Shown one piece after another: positions 28,458 through 34,211 of a DNA stretch of 64,000 nucleotides. This DNA is from a virus. Lineage: Duplodnaviria; Heunggongvirae; Uroviricota; Caudoviricetes. The notes beneath the pieces were generated by a model that saw nothing but the letters and a program-made list of their open reading frames with translations, was not told where the DNA came from and made no database searches. The translations under genes were made by a program, and so were the position numbers. The stretch lies in the IMG/VR virus record IMGVR_UViG_3300043399_000676; one strand, written 5' to 3'. Position 1 is the stretch's first letter, and the number at the start of each line of letters is the position of its first letter.

Positions 28458-28631
28458 TGGTGTCCACGAGTCTTGTTACTCTCCGTATGCATCCGGATTT
28501 CTCGCAGTACGTGGTCTAGTCATAGCCTCTGCTTATGTTCAACGACCCGCCGGTGTCATTGCACCTTATCAAGTATCGTGTATAGTTTCCGCTTCATCGA
28601 CTACCGCTGACATACAGATCAGCTTCACACC
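28458..28631 (-). ncRNA. Unnamed ~175-nt CCA-ending RNA with long-range pseudoknot
   Basis: GGTGT...ACACC-A ends; loop TCTGTATG pairs with CATACGGA near the 3' end. Confidence 0.6.
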
Positions 28632-28714
28632 ATATCAAAGCATACTCGGGTCACGAAGTTTCCGATTTCAAACCCCCGATTCTTACGGACATATGCTTTG
28701 ATATGATGTCAATA

Positions 28715-28743
28715 ATTATACATATCTCTTATATGTATGTCAA
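28715..28743 (-). promoter_or_regulatory. sigma70 promoter for the ncRNA block
   Basis: TTGACA-17-TATAAT, just upstream of hairpin 28631-28705. Confidence 0.85.
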
Positions 28744-28744
28744 G

Positions 28745-28821
28745 TGGTACTTCCTAGAAGAATCGAACTTCTGACCTCTTGCGTGTCATGCAAGCGTTCT
28801 TGACCACTGAACTAAGGAAGT
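28745..28821 (-). tRNA. tRNA-Val(GAC)
   Basis: Loop AT-GAC-AC, CCA. Confidence 0.9.
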
Positions 28822-28827
28822 AGAGTT

Positions 28828-28903
28828 TGGTAGGACCTGCCAGGTTCGAACTGACGACATTCTGCGTGTAGGGCAGACGCTCTACCAACTGAGCTAAGGT
28901 CCT
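28828..28903 (-). tRNA. tRNA-Val(TAC), C at position 33
   Basis: Loop CC-TAC-AC, CCA. Confidence 0.88.
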
Positions 28904-28910
28904 TTATTTT

Positions 28911-29000
28911 TGGCGGAGAAGGTGAGATTCGAACTCACGGTAGAGTTTCCCCTACGCTAGTTTTCAAGACTAGAGCCATAAACCACTCGGCCACTTCTCC
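28911..29000 (-). tRNA. tRNA-Ser(TGA)
   Basis: Loop CT-TGA-AA, long variable arm, CCA. Confidence 0.93.
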
Positions 29001-29007
29001 TTATGTT

Positions 29008-29081
29008 TGGTGCCCCAGGAAGGTTACGCTCCTCCTACTCATCTTTACCAAAGATGTATTTTACTATTAAACCACAGGGGC
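29008..29081 (-). tRNA. tRNA-Thr(GGT), atypical T-loop AGCGTAA
   Basis: Loop TT-GGT-AA, CCA. Confidence 0.82.
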
Positions 29082-29100
29082 AACTCCAATAAATATTGTC

Positions 29101-29637
29101 ATGAATTACTGCAATAAACTTAACCTTGATCTTTCTCCCGTCTCTAGTACTTTCGATCTATATTCTATAAAGAAAGAACACACCGTATTAGATAAGTCAG
29201 AAATCAACCCTGAAATTCAATCATTTTTATCGGAAAGAAACATTTCCATAAGCTGGGCAGAAATTTTCTATAGAAAACCATTTGATATTGTCAATATTCA
29301 CACCGATGATCTAGGGGGAGACATTGTTAAAATCAACTGGATATACGGCGGAGAAAACAGCACAATGTTTTGGTTTGCACCAAAAGATCCTTCTATTGTA
29401 AAGATTCCATTTAAAACGGCTATAAACAGCAACTACTTGTACTACAAACGAGATGAAGTCAATCTTGTACACAAAGAACAACTACGAGGAGCTTACCTAG
29501 TTCAAGTAGGAGTCCCGCATGCAGTTATAAATTCAAAAGCAGAACGATATTGTATCAGCCTAGTTTTACAAAACCAGCATAATCAATTTTTATCTATGCG
29601 CGATGCTATCTCTATTTTTTCTGATCTGATTGTTTAA
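29101..29637 (+). CDS. Cupin / 2OG-Fe(II) oxygenase-like protein
   Basis: IHTD...INW...VGVPHAVIN...R facial-triad pattern; TAAATA upstream. Confidence 0.7.
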   Translation: MNYCNKLNLDLSPVSSTFDLYSIKKEHTVLDKSEINPEIQSFLSERNISISWAEIFYRKPFDIVNIHTDDLGGDIVKINWIYGGENSTMFWFAPKDPSIVKIPFKTAINSNYLYYKRDEVNLVHKEQLRGAYLVQVGVPHAVINSKAERYCISLVLQNQHNQFLSMRDAISIFSDLIV

Positions 29638-29713
29638 TGGTGCCCCCTTCTGGTTACGCTCCAGACTCCCATGCTCTTCAGGCATATGCTTTCACTAGAT
29701 TAGCTTAAGGGGC
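29638..29713 (-). tRNA. tRNA-Phe(GAA), atypical T-loop AGCGTAA
   Basis: Loop CT-GAA-GA, CCA. Confidence 0.85.
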
Positions 29714-30316
29714 ATTAAGTTTTTGCCAAGTTTTTTTATTTTCATGAACAGCTAGTTCACACGTTTCCTCATCATAGATTTGTTCAGGTGTTATATACCC
29801 AACACTTTCCTTAGTCATTAACCATTCTGTTAATGAGGGTGTTCCATAAGGAAAGGTCTCATCGAGTTTAGGAACACAAGGTGACTGGCAAAACTTTAAG
29901 AAGTCAGAAGTTTTATGTTTTTTGGCAATAATCACAAAGTCATCAATCATCGTGGTTTTCATTCCTCGATTGTAGAAGTATAATCCTCTTCTTTTAGGAA
30001 ATATCATATCTACTTCATCAAACAAGGAATACAAATGATCGAAATCTACTTTCCACCTAATATCAAAATCAGTATAGATACCGCCAAATTTGTCTAACAC
30101 CGAATACCTTGCTAATTGCAACTTATGAAACAAGGTGCTTTTCAAGTACAATTCTTTGATATGCGGAAAGTTCTCTAAAATATCTGAGTCTTTCCATAGA
30201 ATAAATCCATAAGAAGGATTCATTGCAATAGTGTTTCTATAGTTACCGTAAAAACTATCTGGGGTAGAATTCTCTCCTACCCAAATGTAATGAACTAAGC
30301 TGTTAAATCGTTTCAT
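29705..30316 (-). CDS. GT32/OCH1-like DXD glycosyltransferase (start re-called at MKRFNS)
   Basis: HYIWVG, ARYSVLDKFGGIYTDFD; longer ORF-track start runs through a tRNA. Confidence 0.8.
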   Translation of the reverse strand: MKRFNSLVHYIWVGENSTPDSFYGNYRNTIAMNPSYGFILWKDSDILENFPHIKELYLKSTLFHKLQLARYSVLDKFGGIYTDFDIRWKVDFDHLYSLFDEVDMIFPKRRGLYFYNRGMKTTMIDDFVIIAKKHKTSDFLKFCQSPCVPKLDETFPYGTPSLTEWLMTKESVGYITPEQIYDEETCELAVHENKKTWQKLNAP

Positions 30317-30329
30317 GTTGTATATATGA

Positions 30330-30406
30330 TGGTAGTGACGGCGAGGTTCGAACTCGCTTCTTTCAGCCTTATGAGGACTGCGTATTTCCACTAATACTAC
30401 GTCACT
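30330..30406 (-). tRNA. tRNA(CAT), elongator Met or Ile2
   Basis: Loop CT-CAT-AA, paired 1:72, CCA. Confidence 0.85.
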
Positions 30407-30494
30407 TTAACGTACTTGACCATATTGAAGTACACTATTTTCATATCCTTTCGGTCCTGCTGATCAGTGTTTGCCAGGATAATGCACTTTAATA

Positions 30495-30569
30495 TGGTTG
30501 GGGCAGGGGGACTTGAACCCCCAACTTACCGGTTAAAAGCCGGTTACTCTACCATTGAGTTATACCCCA
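30495..30569 (-). tRNA. tRNA-Lys(TTT)
   Basis: Loop CT-TTT-AA, CCA. Confidence 0.9.
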
Positions 30570-30575
30570 TCATAG

Positions 30576-30664
30576 ATCGTATTGTTGATTTACCGTGCCA
30601 ACTCTAGACCTACGATGGGATCTAGAGCGACACTACATCTTACCTCGTTTCATGTCAATCTCCT
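30576..30664 (-). other. Mini-ORF MKRGKM* followed by an H-type pseudoknot
   Basis: SD AGGAG, ORF 30633-30653, stem CTCTAGATC/GGTCTAGAG, loop ATCGTA pairs with downstream TACGAT. Confidence 0.6.
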
Positions 30665-30672
30665 TAAAAATT

Positions 30673-30746
30673 TGGTAGCCCCGGGAGGTAACGCTCCTCC
30701 GACTCCGCGTTATCAGCACGGTGTTATACTTTTTAACTAAAGGGCC
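30673..30746 (-). tRNA. tRNA-Ile(GAT), atypical T-loop AGCGTTA
   Basis: Loop CT-GAT-AA, CCA. Confidence 0.85.
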
Positions 30747-30756
30747 AATTATAAAA

Positions 30757-30816
30757 CAGGATGCGCTTTTCTTTTTCCAATAAGAAGTAGAATTAAGTTT
30801 GCTGAATGCATCCTAA
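30757..30816 (-). ncRNA. CAGCAA-family RNA (copy 4)
   Basis: AGGATGC-ATT-CAGCAA...TTCTT-ATTGGAAA-AAGAA...GCATCCT-G. Confidence 0.75.
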
Positions 30817-30912
30817 AAAGGGCACCGGTTACGCTTTCCGGCGCTGCTTGTACACTCAATAAATCATGAGTAGTTCACAGCCGTTGCTGTTGCGTCTAGG
30901 CAACTTTCGTTT

Positions 30913-30987
30913 TGGAGCGGGTAGTCGGGTTCGAACCGACGACCTTCTGCTTGGCAAGCAGATGCACTACCACTGTGCTATACCCGC
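30913..30987 (-). tRNA. tRNA-Gly(GCC)
   Basis: Loop TT-GCC-AA, CCA. Confidence 0.93.
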
Positions 30988-30994
30988 ATATTCT

Positions 30995-31078
30995 TGGTGC
31001 CCCAGGAGGGATTCGAACCCTCACGCCTCTCGGCACTGGTTTCTAAGACCAGCGTGTCTACCATTCCACCACCGGGGC
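30995..31078 (-). tRNA. tRNA-Leu(TAG)
   Basis: Loop CT-TAG-AA, variable arm, CCA. Confidence 0.93.
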
Positions 31079-31087
31079 AAAAATTCT

Positions 31088-31163
31088 TGGGGTGACTAGT
31101 CGGATTTGAACCGACATCTATCGGAATCACAATCCGAGGCTCTACCGTTGAGCTATAGCCACC
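31088..31163 (-). tRNA. tRNA-His(GTG)
   Basis: Loop TT-GTG-AT, G-1:C73, CCA. Confidence 0.93.
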
Positions 31164-31277
31164 ATCGATTACCATATTGAAGCACACTTGTAGGACTTGA
31201 ACCTACCGACTTTGCTCTAAGGGCAAAGCTATGCACCACCCATATCAGCGCGGCCTGCGCCTTAGTGTGCTTTAATA

Positions 31278-31353
31278 TGGCTACGGTGGAGGGACTTGAA
31301 CCCCCAACATCTGGTTTTGGAGACCAGGGTTCTGCCAATTGAACTACACCGTA
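31278..31353 (-). tRNA. tRNA-Trp(CCA)
   Basis: Loop CT-CCA-AA, CCA. Confidence 0.92.
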
Positions 31354-31364
31354 ATAACTTAAAT

Positions 31365-31427
31365 CACTGTCTAGGGATCGAACCTAGTCGAGTTGCGCGC
31401 CAATCTCGTACTACCAAGTACACAGTG
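31365..31427 (-). ncRNA. 63-nt minimal tRNA-like element without CCA
   Basis: CACTGT/ACAGTG, GTAC-TTGGTA-GTAC, CGAG/CTCG and CTAGG-TTCGATC-CCTAG. Confidence 0.6.
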
Positions 31428-31433
31428 AAACTT

Positions 31434-31508
31434 TGGCAGGGGTACTAGGAATCGAACCTAGACTAACGGAATCAAAATCCGTTGTGACTACCATTACACC
31501 ATACCCCA
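31434..31508 (-). tRNA. tRNA-Gln(TTG)
   Basis: Loop TT-TTG-AT, CCA. Confidence 0.92.
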
Positions 31509-31514
31509 ACAATT

Positions 31515-31589
31515 TGGCTCCGGAGGCAGGGATCGAACCTACGACCAATTGATTAACAGTCAACTGCACTACCGCTGTGCTACTCCGGA
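31515..31589 (-). tRNA. tRNA-Asn(GTT)
   Basis: Loop CT-GTT-AA, CCA. Confidence 0.93.
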
Positions 31590-31599
31590 ATAAACAAAA

Positions 31600-31663
31600 C
31601 AGGATGCCTTTTTACGGTTTAGATTAGAAGTCTAATGTATAAAGTTTGCTGAAAGCATCCTAA
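31600..31663 (-). ncRNA. CAGCAA-family RNA carrying an isolated Arg(TCT) anticodon stem-loop (copy 5)
   Basis: AGGATGC-TTT-CAGCAA...TTAGA-CTTCTAA-TCTAA...GCATCCT-G. Confidence 0.78.
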
Positions 31664-31666
31664 AAC

Positions 31667-31749
31667 TGGTGTGTGTTACGGGATTCGAACCCGCACTTCA
31701 AGGTTGTTAGCCCTGCGTCGTGATGCCCTAACATTTTGACCAAACACAC
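31667..31749 (-). tRNA. Atypical tRNA-Val(AAC)-like with 18-nt D-loop
   Basis: GTGTGTT/AACACAC-ACCA, loop CT-AAC-AA, canonical T-arm. Confidence 0.7.
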
Positions 31750-31755
31750 ATAAAC

Positions 31756-31870
31756 TGGCGCCGCTGCTAGGAATCGAACCTAGATATCTTCCTTGACATG
31801 GAATTGTAATTGCTGAACGTAATCTTGACAGATTCGCTTTTTAAGCGTCCTACCATTAGACGACAGCGGC
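31756..31870 (-). tRNA. tRNA-Asp(GTC)-like with a 41-nt CAGCAA-module insertion (copy 6)
   Basis: Removing 31802-31842 gives a 74-nt cloverleaf with CTTCC-ATGTCAA-GGAAG, G73 and CCA. Confidence 0.75.
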
Positions 31871-31876
31871 TAAAAC

Positions 31877-31953
31877 TGGTAGCGAGAGGAGGGATTCGAA
31901 CCCCCGACCTTCGGCTTATGAGACCGACGAGCTAACCACTGCTCCACTCCGCA
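31877..31953 (-). tRNA. tRNA-Met(CAT), initiator-like
   Basis: TGCGGAGTGGAGCAG start, 1:72 mismatch, loop CT-CAT-AA. Confidence 0.88.
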
Positions 31954-31960
31954 TCAAATT

Positions 31961-32037
31961 TGGCGCCTCGTACGGGACTTGAACCCGTGGCCTTCTGCGT
32001 GACAGGCAGACGATCACTCCAACTGATCCAACGAGGC
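31961..32037 (-). tRNA. tRNA-Asp(GTC)
   Basis: Loop CT-GTC-AC, CCA. Confidence 0.93.
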
Positions 32038-32046
32038 AATAATAAT

Positions 32047-32124
32047 TGGTCTGGGTAGCAGGATTTGAACCTGCAGCCTCCGAGTTCCAAGCCCGGCCGT
32101 CTACCAGGTTGACAATATACCCAG
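32047..32124 (-). tRNA. tRNA-Pro(TGG)
   Basis: Loop CT-TGG-AA, CCA. Confidence 0.88.
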
Positions 32125-32133
32125 ATGATTATT

Positions 32134-32208
32134 TGGTACTCGGTACGGGAGTTGAACCCGTCTTTCCAGATTGAAAGTCTAGCGTCCTAACCGATAGACG
32201 AACCAAGC
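32134..32208 (-). tRNA. tRNA-Glu(TTC)
   Basis: Loop CT-TTC-AA, CCA. Confidence 0.9.
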
Positions 32209-32215
32209 ATATTTT

Positions 32216-32303
32216 TGGTGGGTGATGTAGGAGTCGAACCTACTAAGCCCTGAGGGCAACGGGGTTACAGCCCGCCACTACACTCCAACGTAGTCGATCA
32301 CCC
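32216..32303 (-). tRNA. tRNA-Tyr(GTA)
   Basis: Loop CT-GTA-AC, variable arm, CCA. Confidence 0.88.
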
Positions 32304-32309
32304 GAAGTT

Positions 32310-32384
32310 TGGTACAGCATAGGGGAATCGAACCCCTCTTCCGACCGTGAAAGGGTCGTGTCCTAACCGATAGACGAATGCTGC
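32310..32384 (-). tRNA. tRNA-Glu(TTC), second copy
   Basis: Loop CT-TTC-AC, CCA. Confidence 0.9.
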
Positions 32385-32392
32385 ATTAATAT

Positions 32393-32471
32393 TGGTCTCG
32401 GAGGTGGGATTCGAACTCACGATCTCCTGCTCCCAAAGCAGGCGCTTTAAGCCGGACTAAGCTACACCGAG
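32393..32471 (-). tRNA. tRNA-Pro(TGG), second copy
   Basis: Loop TT-TGG-GA, CCA. Confidence 0.9.
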
Positions 32472-32971
32472 ATAAGACCATATGTTTGTTGGAACAACAA
32501 TTTCACTTCTTGAAATGATTTATTGTGCCAACAAGCTTGAATTATTTCTCTTCGACTATTACCCATAGAACTCACTCGATGGATTTCCTGTGCATTCAGT
32601 AGGTAAATGTCATTTTCATTTGCTACAAATTCATTGCATTTAGTTAGATTTTTTAAATCAAACCAATTATTTTCTGACTCTACACTTGACGTATAGAATT
32701 CAGTTACTCCGCCATTGCCGTTAACATAAACGTTCAAGTTAACATTGACGTTAACGTCTAGATGAGCAGCCGTTTCTTTTCCTAGTATCTCAACATAAGA
32801 CAATGAATCAGGTCGCATGATAGAGAAGAACTTGGCATCAAAAATTCTGTAAGGCTGCAAGAGATTATAATACAAAAAATCTCCCAAGTTATACTTGAAT
32901 GCACCTTTACTTAACTTAGATGAAAGAAACCTTTCATTAATTGGAAGTTGAAGTTTTAGAAAATCATTCAT
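32462..32971 (-). CDS. Cupin / 2OG-Fe(II) oxygenase-like protein
   Basis: AHLD...LNVY...YLLNAQEIHRV...R; stop lies inside the tRNA-Pro 5' end. Confidence 0.7.
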   Translation of the reverse strand: MNDFLKLQLPINERFLSSKLSKGAFKYNLGDFLYYNLLQPYRIFDAKFFSIMRPDSLSYVEILGKETAAHLDVNVNVNLNVYVNGNGGVTEFYTSSVESENNWFDLKNLTKCNEFVANENDIYLLNAQEIHRVSSMGNSRREIIQACWHNKSFQEVKLLFQQTYGLISV

Positions 32972-32979
32972 AATTCATT

Positions 32980-33055
32980 TGGAGTCGGCAGTAGGAGTTT
33001 AACCTACCTAAATCGGGTTTGCAATCCGATGCATAAGACGCTCTGCCATACCGAC
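32980..33055 (-). tRNA. tRNA-Cys(GCA)
   Basis: Loop TT-GCA-AA, U73, CCA. Confidence 0.88.
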
Positions 33056-33062
33056 ATTGTTT

Positions 33063-33137
33063 TGGTGGACCTGGGGAGGATCGAACTCCCACTAAAGGCT
33101 TGCAAAGCCCCTGTGCTCCCATTATCACTACAGGCCC
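33063..33137 (-). tRNA. tRNA-Ala(TGC)
   Basis: Loop TT-TGC-AA, G3:U70, CCA. Confidence 0.92.
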
Positions 33138-33143
33138 GATGTT

Positions 33144-33232
33144 TGGTGGGTGGTGATGGTAACGCTCCACGAGGCAACTTCCGATCTTAACAATGCCGAC
33201 GGTTTTACAGACCGCTGACCGGGGCACCACCC
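33144..33232 (-). tRNA. D-armless tRNA-Tyr(GTA)-like RNA
   Basis: GGGTGGT/ACCACCC-ACCA, loop CT-GTA-AA, enlarged variable arm, T-loop AGCGTTA, no D stem. Confidence 0.65.
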
Positions 33233-33655
33233 TTATTCATTAACGCACTGTTTCCAGTGCGTGTAGTAAAACACACTATCCTTTCTGAGTCTCCCGTTTT
33301 AACCTAGTGAAATTATCTTTCTAGCTTTCGGCTCAGTGGTAATGTGCTTTACTACAAGACAGTTTTTACGCATTCGTGTTATCGCCACGAACTTATCATC
33401 CCTGTCTCCGCCCTCGTTAGTAGCAAGATGTTTTAAGTGCCTTGCAGGACCGCGTTCCCTGTACACACTTTGCGATTCAACAGACACTTAAGGTGTCCTC
33501 TCGCCCTTAATTAGTTTGACTAATTTCAAGTAGCGTTCTACTTTCGCACGAAGCAAACGTTGCCGTTGCTCCTGCGTCAGAAAACAATCTTCAAATCGTC
33601 TAACTTTGACTTGTTCAGTATACTCTATTTTTCACTCCTTTGCAAGTAGAAAAAC

Positions 33656-33687
33656 AAAAACCCTGGGATTTTTAGTTCCAGGGTCTT
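33656..33687 (-). terminator. Intrinsic terminator of the putative attenuator
   Basis: AAGACCCTGGA-ACTAAAAAT-CCCAGGGTTTTT followed by GTTTTT. Confidence 0.8.
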
Positions 33688-33712
33688 TTGAGTGTGTGAA
33701 CGTAATTTTTAG

Positions 33713-33844
33713 TTACATTCGATCTCCTAAGACCCTTTTACTAGGTTCACGATCGGCATGTGCATTAATCGCAAACCAGAGAGGTGACATATTTGACACC
33801 TGCTTGGAGCAGCAATTATAATACTTGCCTGACTTCGTAAACAT
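33713..33844 (-). CDS. 43-aa putative attenuator leader peptide containing all 20 amino acids (not in ORF track)
   Basis: MFTKSGKYYNCCSKQVSNMSPLWFAINAHADREPSKRVLGDRM*; 3' codons form the antiterminator; weak SD AAGGGA. Confidence 0.7.
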   Translation of the reverse strand: MFTKSGKYYNCCSKQVSNMSPLWFAINAHADREPSKRVLGDRM

Positions 33845-33886
33845 TTTCTTCGTTAAATCCCTTCGTTCAAATTTCTCAGTTTTGCT

Positions 33887-34175
33887 ATTCTAACACTGCT
33901 CAACATTTCTGTCAAGCCTTCTGATAACTTATTTATTCCTTCGAACAAAATTTGCTACAGAAGTTATCAGTATATAACTTATTTATTCCTTCGTCAACCT
34001 CTTTTTCAATTATTTTTCAATTTTGGGCAAATTGATCAGAAGTTGATTTTCGTATTATGCATTACTTATTTACAGATGTCAAGCCTTTGTTTAAATTTCG
34101 GAAAAACTTTTACCTAGACTTGATTTGTCGTAGCTGCATTTTGAGTAGTATAGCCCCGAGCAGGTTTGATGTCAA
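33887..34175 (-). promoter_or_regulatory. Four tandem sigma70 promoters pointing into the leader and tRNA array
   Basis: TTGACA-17-TAGAAT 33887-33915; TTGACG-17-TATACT 33969-33997; TTGACA-17-CATAAT 34054-34082; TTGACA-17-TATACT 34147-34175. Confidence 0.85.
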
Positions 34176-34211
34176 CCTCGCATAAATAAGTAATGATTTG
34201 GAGACTTATAA

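Larger units (their letters stand above)
27608..33356 (-). repeat. Eight dispersed long hairpins with conserved stems CCATATTRAARCACACT / AGTGTGYTTCAATATGG and unrelated loops
   Basis: 27608-27696, 27818-27896, 28028-28120, 28202-28276, 28631-28705, 30420-30497, 31172-31280 and variant 33262-33356; compensatory changes between copies. Confidence 0.85.

Noticed and set aside
27608-28705. CRISPR array reading of the CCATATTGAA repeats
   Set aside because: Repeats alternate in orientation and pair as stems, spacing is irregular, intervening sequences are folded RNAs, and no cas genes are visible.
30820-30905. Seventh CAGCAA-family member (CTAGACGCAACAGCAA)
   Set aside because: AG-to-CAGCAA spacing is N6, not N8, and there is no partner strand ending CT-G. 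Probably a different structured RNA.
31172-31280. Stop-codon reassignment suggested by the TTA anticodon-like loop
   Set aside because: Long ORFs are intact under the standard code, TAA terminates many genes, and the element lacks a CCA end and U33.
31802-31842. Group I intron in tRNA-Asp
   Set aside because: 41 nt is far too short, and the insert lies in the stem rather than the anticodon loop.
30866-33821. ORF-track calls 30866-31099, 30978-31187, 31153-31338, 32964-33230, 33299-33487 and 33606-33821
   Set aside because: They run through tRNA genes, structured RNA or the attenuator; chance frames.
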